This document shows, piece by piece, positions 34,552 through 44,249 of a DNA stretch of 62,352 nucleotides. Every line of letters begins with the position of its first letter. Position 1 is the stretch's first letter. The stretch covers positions 1 through 62,352 of the forward strand of contig JAVQXV010000002.1 of the NCBI GenBank assembly GCA_033577755.1. The letters are read 5' to 3'. This stretch comes from Anaerolineales bacterium (lineage in GTDB: Bacteria; Chloroflexota; Anaerolineae; Anaerolineales; UBA6663). A model generated the notes under the pieces. The model worked only from the letters and a program-made list of their open reading frames with translations, was not told the DNA's origin and did not search any database. Made by a program: the position numbers and the translations under genes.

Positions 34552-35634
34552 ATGTCTAAGAAGAGTTTCACGATTCACAAGACCGCTCTCATCTTGCTTG
34601 CTCTTCTCCTACTGGGAGTGAGCGCCTGCACGGGCGCTGCCGCCCCCACCTCAACGGCAACATCGCCCATCATCGAACCCGCTGTCAGCACCCCACCCGA
34701 AACGTTCACGGTGACCCCCACACAGGCGTCGCTTGTTCCCATGACTTTCATGGCCGGTTACAAGCCACAAGCGAATCTCCCCTTTGTGGGCGCGTATGTT
34801 GCCAAAGAAAAAGGATTCTTTGCGCAGAACGGACTGGAGGTAACCATTGAACACTCGCCGGGGCGTGGTGAACACGTCCAGTTGCTGGTGGCGGGGAAAG
34901 TGCAGGTAACTACGATGGATGCCGCAACCGTCCTGCAACGCCGCGCCGACCCGGGCTTGCCGGTGGTGGCGATCGCGCTCATCGGGCAGAGAGGACAGCA
35001 GGCGTTTGCTGCCCTGAAGAGTTCCGGGATCGAGACGCCCAAAGATTGGGAAGGGAAGACGGTCGGCTACAAAGGCACGCCGCCGCCCGACCTGTACGCC
35101 CTGCTCTCCGCCGCCGACGCGGACGTGAACAAGGTCAATCTGGTCAACGTAGGCTTCGACCCGCGTGTCCTGGCGGAGGGGCAGGTGGATGTCTATCCAT
35201 TGTTCAAGTCCAATGAGCCATATTTGCTCCGCAAATGGGGCTACGAAATTACCCTCTGGGAGGCTGCTGATTACGGTGTGCCAACCCTCGGCCTGACTTA
35301 TGTGACCACCGAAGACTACCTCCGCGCCCACGCTTCTGAACTAACCCGCTTCCTGGCAGCAGCACTTCAGGGCATCGCCTACGCTCAGGCACACCTTGAC
35401 GAGGCGGTGCAAGTCGTGATGCAATATGCCGGCCCTGAAACCGACCCAGACCACATGCGCTATATGTTGGAAACCGAGTTACGCGATGCCCAAAGCGAAC
35501 ACGGCTTCGGCTGGCAATCACCGGAGCAGTGGCAGGCGCTGGCCGATATGCTGGCGAAATACCAGGCCTTGCCCGCCGGCATAGAAGTCGGCGCAGCGTT
35601 TTCTATAGAAATCTGGGAAGCGGCGCAGAAGTGA
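34552..35634 (+). CDS. NMT1/THI5-like ABC substrate-binding lipoprotein
   Basis: Lipobox VSAC, YVAKEKGFF..GLEVTI, SGIETPKDWEGKTVG. Confidence 0.88.
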   Translation: MSKKSFTIHKTALILLALLLLGVSACTGAAAPTSTATSPIIEPAVSTPPETFTVTPTQASLVPMTFMAGYKPQANLPFVGAYVAKEKGFFAQNGLEVTIEHSPGRGEHVQLLVAGKVQVTTMDAATVLQRRADPGLPVVAIALIGQRGQQAFAALKSSGIETPKDWEGKTVGYKGTPPPDLYALLSAADADVNKVNLVNVGFDPRVLAEGQVDVYPLFKSNEPYLLRKWGYEITLWEAADYGVPTLGLTYVTTEDYLRAHASELTRFLAAALQGIAYAQAHLDEAVQVVMQYAGPETDPDHMRYMLETELRDAQSEHGFGWQSPEQWQALADMLAKYQALPAGIEVGAAFSIEIWEAAQK

Positions 35635-35786
35635 GCGCCTGCCGGCAAACATTCTCAGCACGTAACTGCTCAGCCGTTTTGGGGCGAGTATCTCGTGCCA
35701 AGGTGTAAAGACGCGACGACGTCACTTTGGCATCCCGGAGCGAAACACTCGCTCCAATACCCCTAAATGGTGCTCCTGCCTAATCG

Positions 35787-35841
35787 ATCCGTAGATGGCA
35801 CAGCTTTTCGCAGAGAAACTCTGCGGCCAACTGTAACATCT
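35787..35841. repeat. Dispersed repeat, inverted copy of 141-196
   Basis: atccgtagatggcacagcttttcgcagagaaactctg aligns to the reverse complement of 160-196. Confidence 0.6.
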
Positions 35842-36014
35842 GTGGACTCTTCTCAATAGCTGAAAGCTGTTGCCTGAGCGGTTAGTTAGAAACTATCCTG
35901 ACCGCGAAGATTCTGAGTCTACCAATCACATGAAGGAGCGCGACGAAGTCGGCGCGCCCCTTCGTGCTCCCTCGTGGCCTTCGTAGATCTCTCATTGCGG
36001 CTGGAGGTCGCGCC

Positions 36015-36689
36015 ATGACATTAGTCCCTCTTCTTCCCGGCGTCAGGCTGAATCGTCACCCCACTGCCCTGCACGTTTCCAGCATTGCGCCGCTGGCCGT
36101 CGTCAGCTCGGCTGTGGTGGGCGGCGAGCTGGCGCAGACTCGCCACATCATCAACATGGGCGTGCACAGCGACTATCAGTGCGGCAATCACATCGCCGAG
36201 CTGCATGCCACCGCCGCCGTGCTTGGCGTGACCGAGCCGTTCGTCGGCCTGCTGACCGCCGCCCGGCTTGACCGCGCGCAGGTGATTGTGGAACAGACCG
36301 AAGAGGCCGCCGTCGCCGTGGTGCTCACGCTGGGCATCAGCCATCCGACGGCTGCGGGCGTCACACCTGCCGCAGCGCCCCTGAAGGCGCGCCGGCCGGG
36401 CACCATCAACACAATTATCATCGCCGATGGCTGCCTGCCGGCCTCAGCCCGCGTTAACGCCGTCATCACCGCCACCGAAGCCAAGACGCTGGCGCTGATC
36501 GAAGCCGGCCTGCGCGCCCCGCACGGCGGGCCGGCCAGCGGTACCGGCACGGACGCCATCGTCATCGCCAGCACCGAGCGCGGCAACCGGTTCGAGTATG
36601 CCGGCCCGATTGCAACGCTGGGGGCGCTCATCGGCCGCGCCGTGAGGCGGGCGGTGATGCAGGCGATGGCCGAACGGCAACAAACCTGA
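36015..36689 (+). CDS. cbiZ: Adenosylcobinamide amidohydrolase
   Basis: SSAVVGG, VGLLTAA, PGTINTII, ATEAK, ASGTGTDA; ggagg RBS. Confidence 0.88.
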   Translation: MTLVPLLPGVRLNRHPTALHVSSIAPLAVVSSAVVGGELAQTRHIINMGVHSDYQCGNHIAELHATAAVLGVTEPFVGLLTAARLDRAQVIVEQTEEAAVAVVLTLGISHPTAAGVTPAAAPLKARRPGTINTIIIADGCLPASARVNAVITATEAKTLALIEAGLRAPHGGPASGTGTDAIVIASTERGNRFEYAGPIATLGALIGRAVRRAVMQAMAERQQT

Positions 36690-36690
36690 C

Positions 36691-37608
36691 GTGGCGCTGC
36701 TGCTGGCCTGGCTGCTCGACGTGGGACTGGGCGAGCCGCCGCCATACTTTCACCCGGTGGTGTGGATGGGCAGTTACCTGAGGACTGCCCGGCGCCTCAG
36801 CCCGCCGACTTTCACCGCCGGCGCCGCGGCCTGGCTTCTGGGTGCGACCGTTGTCCTCGCCATCGCTTTCGCACTTCAAGCCGTGCTTGTCTGGGTTTCC
36901 GTCCACGCAGGCGCAGGGGTGACGGCATTGCTCACGGCGCTGGCGCTCAAGCCTCTGTTCGCCTGGCGCGCGCTCCGGCAGGCCGCCGAGACCGTGATCG
37001 AAGCGCCCGACCTGAGCGGCGCGCGCAGGATGCTGAGCTGGCATCTGGTCAGCCGCGACACGACCGACCTGACGGCCGGCGAAGTTCATGCGGCGACCAT
37101 TGAGTCGGTCGCCGAGAACCTCTCCGACTCGCTGGTCGCGCCGTTGTTGTACTATGTGTTGGGCGGCCTGCCGCTGGCCGCGCTCTACCGCTTCGCCAAC
37201 ACCGCCGATGCCATGTGGGGCTACCGCACGCCGGAGCTGGAGAAGTTCGGCAAGTGGGCGGCGCGCACCGACGATGTGCTCAACCTGATACCATCACGGC
37301 TGACGGCATTGTTGCTTTGCCTGGTCAGCCCGCTCGCCGGTCTGGATGCCCGCCGCGCCTGGCGCGTGTGGCGGCGCGACCGCAAGCTGACGGCCTCCCC
37401 CAACGCCGGCCAGCCGATGAGCGCGATGAGCGGCGCACTGGGCGTGAACCTGAGCAAACGTGGGTACTATGTCCTCGGAGCAGAATTTCGCGAGCCGGAT
37501 GTCCGCGATGTGCGCCGTGCCCTGCGCCTGTGCACGCTCGTTGCCTGGCTGGTGGCGCTGACTCTGTCCGGCCTCTCCATCCTGCTTCAATTCGTCATCG
37601 GAGCCTGA
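36691..37608 (+). CDS. cbiB: Adenosylcobinamide-phosphate synthase
   Basis: GEPP..HPVVWMG, LVSRDT, ESVAENLSD, NTADAMWGY, SPNAG. Confidence 0.93.
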   Translation: MALLLAWLLDVGLGEPPPYFHPVVWMGSYLRTARRLSPPTFTAGAAAWLLGATVVLAIAFALQAVLVWVSVHAGAGVTALLTALALKPLFAWRALRQAAETVIEAPDLSGARRMLSWHLVSRDTTDLTAGEVHAATIESVAENLSDSLVAPLLYYVLGGLPLAALYRFANTADAMWGYRTPELEKFGKWAARTDDVLNLIPSRLTALLLCLVSPLAGLDARRAWRVWRRDRKLTASPNAGQPMSAMSGALGVNLSKRGYYVLGAEFREPDVRDVRRALRLCTLVAWLVALTLSGLSILLQFVIGA

Positions 37609-37612
37609 GCAG

Positions 37613-38575
37613 ATGCCACCTCCCCTGTTACCCCGCGCCGTCCACGGCGGCCCACAATCCGCCGATGAAGCCATCCTGGATTTCTCGGTCAACGCCAACC
37701 CGCTCGGCCCCAACCCCGAACTGGTGCGCATCTGGCGCGAGGCTGATGTGAGCGGCTATCCCGACCCTCACTATCGCCGGGCGCGGAAGGCGCTGGCTGC
37801 TTTTCATGGCTGCTCACCGGAAGGCGTGGTCCCCGGCATAGGCGCGAGCGAGTTGCTCCATCGCATCGTGCGCGCCTTCGTCAGTCCTGGAGACTTGGTC
37901 GTATCGCTCGGCGCGCCCTTCGGCGAGTTCGCGCGAGCGGCGGCCCTGCACGGAGCACGCCTCGAAGTCGCGGCGCGAGACCTGATGGCAGCGCCGACAG
38001 ACGCGCGGCTTGTCTATCTCTCCAATCCCCACAACCCCACCGGCCATTGCCTGGATTTACGCACGTTGCCGCCCAAGCCGCTCTTCATTGTGGACGAAGC
38101 CTACCGGCCTTTTGTGGAGCACCGCGACGAGCCACCCCTGCACCCCAATCTGATTCGCTTGCAATCGCCGGGCAAGGCGCACGGCGTGCTGGGGATGCGC
38201 CTGGCCTACGCGCTGGCCGACCCGGACATCGCCGCGCACCTGACCAACCTCGAGCCGGCGTGGGCCTTTCCATCCGCGCATGCCGCCGCTTTGGCCGCGC
38301 TGCCCGAACAAACGCGCTTCCTCGAAGACACTTTGCCCACCGTCCGGCAATGGGCGAATGAACTGGCGTCGGCGCTCGGCGCAGCCTCGACGGGGCTGCA
38401 CTTCTTCACCCTTAACGTGCCGGATGCCGGGCGCGTGGCCGCCGACCTGTTGCGCCACGGCCTGCGCGTTCGAGACTGCACCTCCTTCGGCCACCCGAAC
38501 CTGATTCGCGTCGCCACGCGCCGGCCGGAAGACAATCAAATCCTGATAGAGGTCTGGAAGGAGCTGTATGGCTAG
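37613..38575 (+). CDS. cobD: L-threonine-O-3-phosphate decarboxylase (PLP class I/II)
   Basis: HGG..LDFSVNANPLGP, YPDP, SNPHNPTG, VDEAY, VRDCTSFG; cob context. Confidence 0.82.
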   Translation: MPPPLLPRAVHGGPQSADEAILDFSVNANPLGPNPELVRIWREADVSGYPDPHYRRARKALAAFHGCSPEGVVPGIGASELLHRIVRAFVSPGDLVVSLGAPFGEFARAAALHGARLEVAARDLMAAPTDARLVYLSNPHNPTGHCLDLRTLPPKPLFIVDEAYRPFVEHRDEPPLHPNLIRLQSPGKAHGVLGMRLAYALADPDIAAHLTNLEPAWAFPSAHAAALAALPEQTRFLEDTLPTVRQWANELASALGAASTGLHFFTLNVPDAGRVAADLLRHGLRVRDCTSFGHPNLIRVATRRPEDNQILIEVWKELYG

Positions 38576-40037
38576 GCGCCCGATCATGGTCATGGGCTGC
38601 ACCAGCGACGCCGGCAAGTCGTTCCTGGTCGCCGGCCTGTGCCGGCTCTTCGCCAACCGCGGCCTGCGGGTCGCGCCCTTCAAAGCTCAAAACATGAGCA
38701 ACAACGCCGCCGTCACCCCGGACGGTCTGGAGATAGGACGCGCCCAGTATCTGCAAGCCGTAGCCGCCCGCCTCACGCCTCAGGCGCGCCTCAACCCGGT
38801 GCTGCTCAAACCCACCGCCGATACCCACAGCCAGGTGATCGTCATGGGCCGCTACCACCCGGAGATCACGGCGTTGCCCTGGCCGGAGCGCAAGGCCCGC
38901 CTTTGGCCCGTGGTGCGCGACGCTCTGCACAGCCTGCTGGCCGAATTCGAGCAGGTAGTCATCGAAGGCGCAGGCAGCCCGGCCGAAGTCAACCTGCGCG
39001 ACGGCGACATCGTCAACATGGCCGTGGCGCGGGAGGCCGGCGCGGACGTTTATCTTGTGGCCGACATTGACCGGGGCGGCGCCTTTGCCCACCTGCTGGG
39101 GACTTGGATGTGCCTGGAGCCTGCCGAGCGGGCGCTGATCAAAGGCTTCGTGCTCAACAAATTCCGCGGCGATCCCGCTCTGCTCGGCAACGGGATGGAG
39201 TGGTTGCAGGCGCGTACCGGCGTCCCCACCGTCGCCATCGTCCCGCTCATCGCCCATCGCCTGCCCGAAGAGGACACGCTGCATCACCGCGACCGACCGC
39301 AGCCCGGACAGATCAACATCGCGTTGCTGGCCTACCCCTACGCCAGCAACCTCGACGAATTCGACCCGCTCATCGCCGAACCCGGCGTGCGCGTGACGCC
39401 GGTGCGCGACTTTCAGCCGTTGGAGGACTTCCATGCCCTCATCTTGCCCGGCAGCAAGAACACGGCCGCCAGTCTGCGCTACCTGCGTGAGACGGGCCTG
39501 GCCGCCGAGGTCGTCCGAGCCGCGCGGCGTGGCACGCCAATACTGGGCGTGTGCGGCGGGATGCAGCTGCTTGGGCGGCGCATCGCCGATCCGCATCAGC
39601 TTGAAAGTGGCGATACGGAAGGGCTGGGCTTGCTCGATGTCTCCACGACGCTCATGCCGGTGAAGACGACGCGCCAGCGCGAAGTGAGATGGCTGGAAGG
39701 CGGCCGGGTATGCGGCTATGAGATTCATCATGGCCAGACGTGCGCCGGGCCGGGCGCTGAGCCGTACCTGGACGATGGCCTGGGATGGCGACAGGGCAAC
39801 GTGTGGGGAGTCTATCTGCATGGGCTGTTTGAGAACACCGCCTACCGGCAGGTTTTCCTGGCACGCCTGGGCTGGCAGGGTCAGGCACAGGATTGGGCAG
39901 CCGTCGTTGACGCGGAACTCGACCGCGTGGCGCAACTGCTGCTGGACTCGGGCTGGGCGTCGCAGCTGGAGGGTCTCGACCATCCTGCCGCCTCGCCGGC
40001 ACCGGCAACTCTAAAAAGCTACACCGGTGCTTCCTGA
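38568..40037 (+). CDS. cobQ: Cobyric acid synthase
   Basis: SDAGKS, PFKAQNMSNN, NPVLLKP, IEGAGSPAE, LPGSK, GYEIH. Confidence 0.95.
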   Translation: MARRPIMVMGCTSDAGKSFLVAGLCRLFANRGLRVAPFKAQNMSNNAAVTPDGLEIGRAQYLQAVAARLTPQARLNPVLLKPTADTHSQVIVMGRYHPEITALPWPERKARLWPVVRDALHSLLAEFEQVVIEGAGSPAEVNLRDGDIVNMAVAREAGADVYLVADIDRGGAFAHLLGTWMCLEPAERALIKGFVLNKFRGDPALLGNGMEWLQARTGVPTVAIVPLIAHRLPEEDTLHHRDRPQPGQINIALLAYPYASNLDEFDPLIAEPGVRVTPVRDFQPLEDFHALILPGSKNTAASLRYLRETGLAAEVVRAARRGTPILGVCGGMQLLGRRIADPHQLESGDTEGLGLLDVSTTLMPVKTTRQREVRWLEGGRVCGYEIHHGQTCAGPGAEPYLDDGLGWRQGNVWGVYLHGLFENTAYRQVFLARLGWQGQAQDWAAVVDAELDRVAQLLLDSGWASQLEGLDHPAASPAPATLKSYTGAS

Positions 40038-40826
40038 ACCGCGCAGTGCCCGCACCAATTGAGCCTGATCGGCCTCGGGCAGAGCGCGCAGCGCGCCGCG
40101 AACAATCATGTGCGTGTTGTGGTCGGAGCGATGGGCGAACTCCAGCAGGAAGCGGGCCGTCTCCGAGGCGTTGCGCTGCGCCAGGTCGCGGAGCGCGGTG
40201 ATAATTGCTGCCCGCACATTCGGGTCGGATTCGCCCATGAGCGGCCGCAGCAGCTCGAGGGCAGACAGCACATCATCCCACTTGCGCTCGCGCGCCAGGG
40301 CGCTGAGGACGGTGATTCCCAGGCAACGCACCCACTTCTGCGGCTGGCGCGACCAGCCGCGCGCGCGCTGCAGGAATTGGGTCTGTGCACCGGCCAGAAG
40401 TGGGCCGAAGACATAGTTGACGACTGCCCCCACCGTCTCGAGGCTGTCCAGTTCGGTGACCCAGCGATCCGCCAGCGCCAGCGCCTCTTCCGGCAAGCGG
40501 CTCGTCGCCAGCCCCAACACCTGAGCTGCCAGCACGCGTTCCGGGCGCGTACCGCCGCTCCAAAGCACTTTGGCCAGCTCCACAGCGTTCTCAGGCGAGG
40601 CCAGTGCCGGCTTGCGTAACGCAACTAGTAGCGCACGCGTCACCGGGGCCGGCGTTTGCCGGTCTCCGTCCGGTCTCATCTGCGCCAGGCGCGGGCTGAG
40701 CCGGTGGGTGCGGTCGGTGTAATCCTCCAGCAGGCGGCGGATGGCGGCAGCGCAGGCAGCGGGGTTCGCCAGCCGGGCGGCCACTTCGTTCGTGCGTGCC
40801 CGCAGAACTAACGGGTCAATGAGCAT
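40011..40826 (-). CDS. HEAT-repeat DNA alkylation repair (AlkD-like) family protein
   Basis: Helical repeats, KWVR, D..VR.AI..ALR, A.RFL. Confidence 0.65.
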   Translation of the reverse strand: MLIDPLVLRARTNEVAARLANPAACAAAIRRLLEDYTDRTHRLSPRLAQMRPDGDRQTPAPVTRALLVALRKPALASPENAVELAKVLWSGGTRPERVLAAQVLGLATSRLPEEALALADRWVTELDSLETVGAVVNYVFGPLLAGAQTQFLQRARGWSRQPQKWVRCLGITVLSALARERKWDDVLSALELLRPLMGESDPNVRAAIITALRDLAQRNASETARFLLEFAHRSDHNTHMIVRGALRALPEADQAQLVRALRGSGSTGVAF

Positions 40827-40879
40827 GGTCTGTGCATCAGGAAATCAGGCGTACGTTACTGTGCTCAGGTTTTGCTCGT

Positions 40880-41114
40880 AAGCGTTTCGTTGTAGCACAG
40901 ACGAACGGTAGTTTGTCAAGTCCATGATAGGCGGTGTTTCCACTCGACGACATTCTCAATTTTGCCTGTTTGCACATTTTCAAGCGTGGTAACCGCACTC
41001 GGGGGCGGCAGGATATGCGGGGATGCCAAGACAACTCGGAACCGCATCCGCCGAGCAAAACGACGATGACGATACCGAAAAGACGAACTGCCTGTCGGAA
41101 GGTGGGTATTTCAT
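40880..41114 (-). pseudogene. Degraded lipoprotein gene
   Basis: ATG overlaps the upstream stop; signal peptide and lipobox IPTFRQAVRLFGIVIVVLLGGC lie one base out of frame; 3' end uncertain. Confidence 0.45.
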
Positions 41115-42016
41115 GGCCCCGGATAACCTTGCGGACAATTGACATAGCCGCAAGGGGTAGGCGTAGGTGTACACGTTCGAGTCGGTGTGCACGTTGGCGT
41201 GCGTGTCAGGGTACTGGTTGGCAAAGGCGGATGATCCTTGATCACTAACGGTAGAAACACTTTGGGTAAACGCGCCGCGATAAACGCTTTGGGATCCGTG
41301 TAACCCCAGTAATCTGGATAATGTTTAGTCGGGTCATCATCCCAAGTGTAGCCAACGCCGTAGTCCTGATTGCAATGGCGATAGTCCGGCGGATAAGCCG
41401 TTCCCCGCTGACCAGCGCTACCCACTGGATAAAGATTCGTGATGGCACCAAAGATTCGAACTTCTCAATGAAGGTGGGTATTCGCCTCGGCGTTCTGGTT
41501 TAAGACGACGGCAATCTTGTCGCCTGCAGCTACTCGATCACCAACGCTTACTTCGATGTTAGCCAGATGTCCATACTGAGAAAACCGGAATTGGTTGTCG
41601 GGCAGACGATGCTTGATAATGACAACTTCACCAGGATATCCTGACACCTTGATTAAAACTACCTCGCCATTTGCCAGTGCGGTCACGTCTTTACCCGCGC
41701 CAGCGTTCAAGTCCGGTTTGTGGAACCAATCACTTCCGGCATGATAGAGTTGATTGCGAGGCACCCGCGTATCTTGGATGTTCACAAAGCATGAGCTTCC
41801 ACTCAGATGCTGATTCTGCACGCCATAACGATTGTTGCTGTATGAACCCCACGTCGGGTGTGGCAGAGGATAGAGAAAGTAATCAGCAGATCTCAAAGTA
41901 GGCGTTGGTCCATCTTGGGTGACGACTGATTGAACGCTGCCCAGCCAGGATGCTCCCCAAGCCAGAGAAACCACAAGAAACACAGTGGAGTAACGCGCCA
42001 GTGTCGGTTTAAGCAT
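41111..42016 (-). pseudogene. Secreted M23 family peptidase interrupted by one in-frame TGA
   Basis: Signal peptide, HAGSD, SQYGHL, THLH*EVR; frame continues to TDPKAFI..VFLPLVIK. Confidence 0.8.
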
Positions 42017-42027
42017 CTCAGCCTCCC

Positions 42028-42798
42028 TTACCGTGGCGCACTGAACTGAAGCGTGCTGGTCAGCAACCTGAATACCTGCTCCTGCTCCGGGCCGGCCGTC
42101 ATTTCACCACCGACAAACAGATAGATAAAGCCGGCGTGCTTTGCACCGTAAAAGACCTGTCCGTTGCCGGCCGCAGCGAATGCTTGCGCCTCCTTCGCGC
42201 CTGCACGCAATAAGTTATCCAGGATTTCATCCGGGCCGGAAACGCTTTCGCGAGGGGAAAGTCCGCCATACTCTCTGGAGATTCGCGCCAAAAACTCCAG
42301 CAGCGACAGGTCATCGGGATTGGGGTAAACGCTGATCTCAATCACGGCGATATTGGCCCAAACCGCCGGCAATGTCGGCCCGGTGCGAATGCTGATCACC
42401 ACGCGGGTCCACTCCCCGCCGCGCTCTTCGATCACCTGAGGCGGCGTTTCCGGGTATTTGAGCGAAAGCCCCAGCCGGGAGTTCTCGTAAGGCAACCAGT
42501 CCACCGTTGACTCGAGCGAGTAGGTGATGGGCTTCGGCGTAACCAGCAGATAGGGCGGAGTTTCTGCGGCGGTGGGTACAATCGTGGCCGGAGGCACCGC
42601 CGTTCCCGGCCCCGGATAACCACTGTCGGTCGGGATAGGTGTTGCGCCGGTTTCGACCGTCGCCGGAGGTGGTTCAGTCACACCGGCACGAGCGCCGCCA
42701 TCCAGTTCCAAAGGCGAGCACCCTATCAGCCAGGCTGCTATCAGCGGCAGGGCAACGGCGTTTCTCCAGCCTGAGCAAGCGAAGACCGTCTTGATCAT
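42028..42798 (-). CDS. Hypothetical lipoprotein
   Basis: Lipobox LIGC, Pro/Thr linker, W.PYEN..LGLSLKYP. Confidence 0.75.
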   Translation of the reverse strand: MIKTVFACSGWRNAVALPLIAAWLIGCSPLELDGGARAGVTEPPPATVETGATPIPTDSGYPGPGTAVPPATIVPTAAETPPYLLVTPKPITYSLESTVDWLPYENSRLGLSLKYPETPPQVIEERGGEWTRVVISIRTGPTLPAVWANIAVIEISVYPNPDDLSLLEFLARISREYGGLSPRESVSGPDEILDNLLRAGAKEAQAFAAAGNGQVFYGAKHAGFIYLFVGGEMTAGPEQEQVFRLLTSTLQFSAPR

Positions 42799-42892
42799 GT
42801 CTCACTTCCATTTCCAGCTTATTTTTCCTCAAACTCTCGGTTATCTTCTAAACCGCCTGCTCAACGTTCCAAGTGTTTTCTCAGTTCCCACA

Positions 42893-43291
42893 ATGCCCCT
42901 CGAAACCCTCTTCAACCTCGCCAACCTCGTTGTGCTGCCCTTTTGGGCGCTGATGGTCTTCGCCCCGCCCTGGCGCGGGACGCGGCGCATAATGGTGTTG
43001 CTCTGGGCGGTCGGCGCGCTTATCGAGCCGTCGGTGGCGCGGCGCGTCTTCGCCGAGTTCGCCCGCCTCGCGCCGGCGGCCCGGCCTGCTCAGCTGGATG
43101 AGCCGCTCTCCGAGCGCGAGCTGGAAGTGCTGCGCCTGGTGGCCGAGGGGCTGAGCAACAAGGAGATCGGCCACAAGCTCAGCCTGGCCGAGGGTACGGT
43201 GAAGAACTACGTCACCGGCGTGCTCGGCAAGATCGGCGCGCGCGACCGCACCCAGGCGGCGCTGCGGGCGCGAGAGTTGGGGTTGATATGA
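42893..43291 (+). pseudogene. Chimera: ABA4-like (DUF4281) N-terminus fused to a NarL/LuxR HTH lacking its receiver domain
   Basis: ETLFNLANLVVLPFWALMVFAP.WRGTRRIM joined to LSERELEVLRLVAEGLSNKEI..GTVKNYV..DRTQAA. Confidence 0.7.
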
Positions 43292-43293
43292 TC

Positions 43294-43352
43294 TATGACT
43301 GAAGATTGATGACTGATGACTACTCTTAATATCAGTCTTTAGTCTTCGGTTA
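43294..43352. repeat. Inverted heptamer arrays between convergent genes
   Basis: tgactgaagattgatgactgatgact ... atcagtctttagtcttcggtta. Confidence 0.7.
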
Positions 43353-44087
43353 TCCCTTGCTGCTCGCAACCACAAACGCCTCGAACAGGCGCTTCATCTC
43401 CGGCATGGCCTGCAGGTTCTCCGGATGCCACTGCACGCCCAGCGCAAAGGGATGGTCGGGTTTCTCTATGCCTTCAATCACGCCGTCGGGCGCGCGGGCA
43501 ACGACGCGCAACTGCGGGGCGACGGCCTTGATGGCCTGATGATGGCGGCTGTTCACCTGCACCACCTGCGCGCCGAGGACGCGAGCGAGCTGTGAACCCG
43601 CCTCCACGCGCACCGGATGCGCCAGATGTTCGCGCGGGAAGGCCTCGACCGGATGCGCGTGCCGCAGCAGGGGGCCGCCGTACTCGCTCGGCAGGTCCTG
43701 ATACAGCGAGCCGCCCAGCGCCACATTCATCACCTGCATCCCGCGGCAGACACCGAGCAGCGGCTTGCCGTCCGCCAGCGCCAGTCGCGCCACGGCCAGC
43801 TCCACACGGTCGCGTTCCCCATCCACCACGCCCAGGTTTGGGCTGCGCGCTTCATTGAAGTAGGCAGGGTCAATATCACAGCCGCCGGGCAGCAGCACGC
43901 CGTCCAGCCGCGCATACAGCGCGCGCAGGTCGTCGCCCGTCACCGAGAGGGGGATGAGCACGGGCAGGCCACCCGCGCCGAGGACGGCCTCGATGTAGGT
44001 GTGCAGCACGCCCTGCACATCGTGATCAGGCTGCGCGAAGTGGCCGGAGGAGAAGTGCCCGGTGGTCAGGCCGATGAGGGGTTTCAT
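43350..44087 (-). CDS. Gamma-glutamyl-gamma-aminobutyrate hydrolase family (peptidase C26)
   Basis: KPLIGLT, LLPGG.DIDP, GVCRGMQVMNVALGG, VNSRHHQ, GVQWHPE. Confidence 0.92.
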   Translation of the reverse strand: MKPLIGLTTGHFSSGHFAQPDHDVQGVLHTYIEAVLGAGGLPVLIPLSVTGDDLRALYARLDGVLLPGGCDIDPAYFNEARSPNLGVVDGERDRVELAVARLALADGKPLLGVCRGMQVMNVALGGSLYQDLPSEYGGPLLRHAHPVEAFPREHLAHPVRVEAGSQLARVLGAQVVQVNSRHHQAIKAVAPQLRVVARAPDGVIEGIEKPDHPFALGVQWHPENLQAMPEMKRLFEAFVVASSKG

Positions 44088-44182
44088 TCGTATTGCGTAA
44101 TTCGTATTGCGTATTTCGTATTGCGTATCACGGCAGCGCACGAAATACGCAATACGTGATACGCAATACATGATACGAACTA
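44088..44182. repeat. Inverted heptamer arrays (TGCGTAT / ATACGCA)
   Basis: Direct inspection. Confidence 0.85.
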
Positions 44183-44249
44183 CATCCAACAAAAAAGGCG
44201 CAGACTGTGAGAGTCCGCGCCTTGAGGCGACGACGATGGCGAACGCGCG

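Noticed and set aside
35761-35910. Possible second cobalamin riboswitch upstream of cbiZ (ctgcggccaactgtaa)
   Set aside because: Lacks the GGGAA/GGTG..ATCC core and the B12 box; the segment aligns with the dispersed repeat at 141-196
41465-41467. Selenocysteine or reassigned TGA
   Set aside because: The position corresponds to an aromatic residue, not Cys, and TGA is a normal stop in many genes of this window
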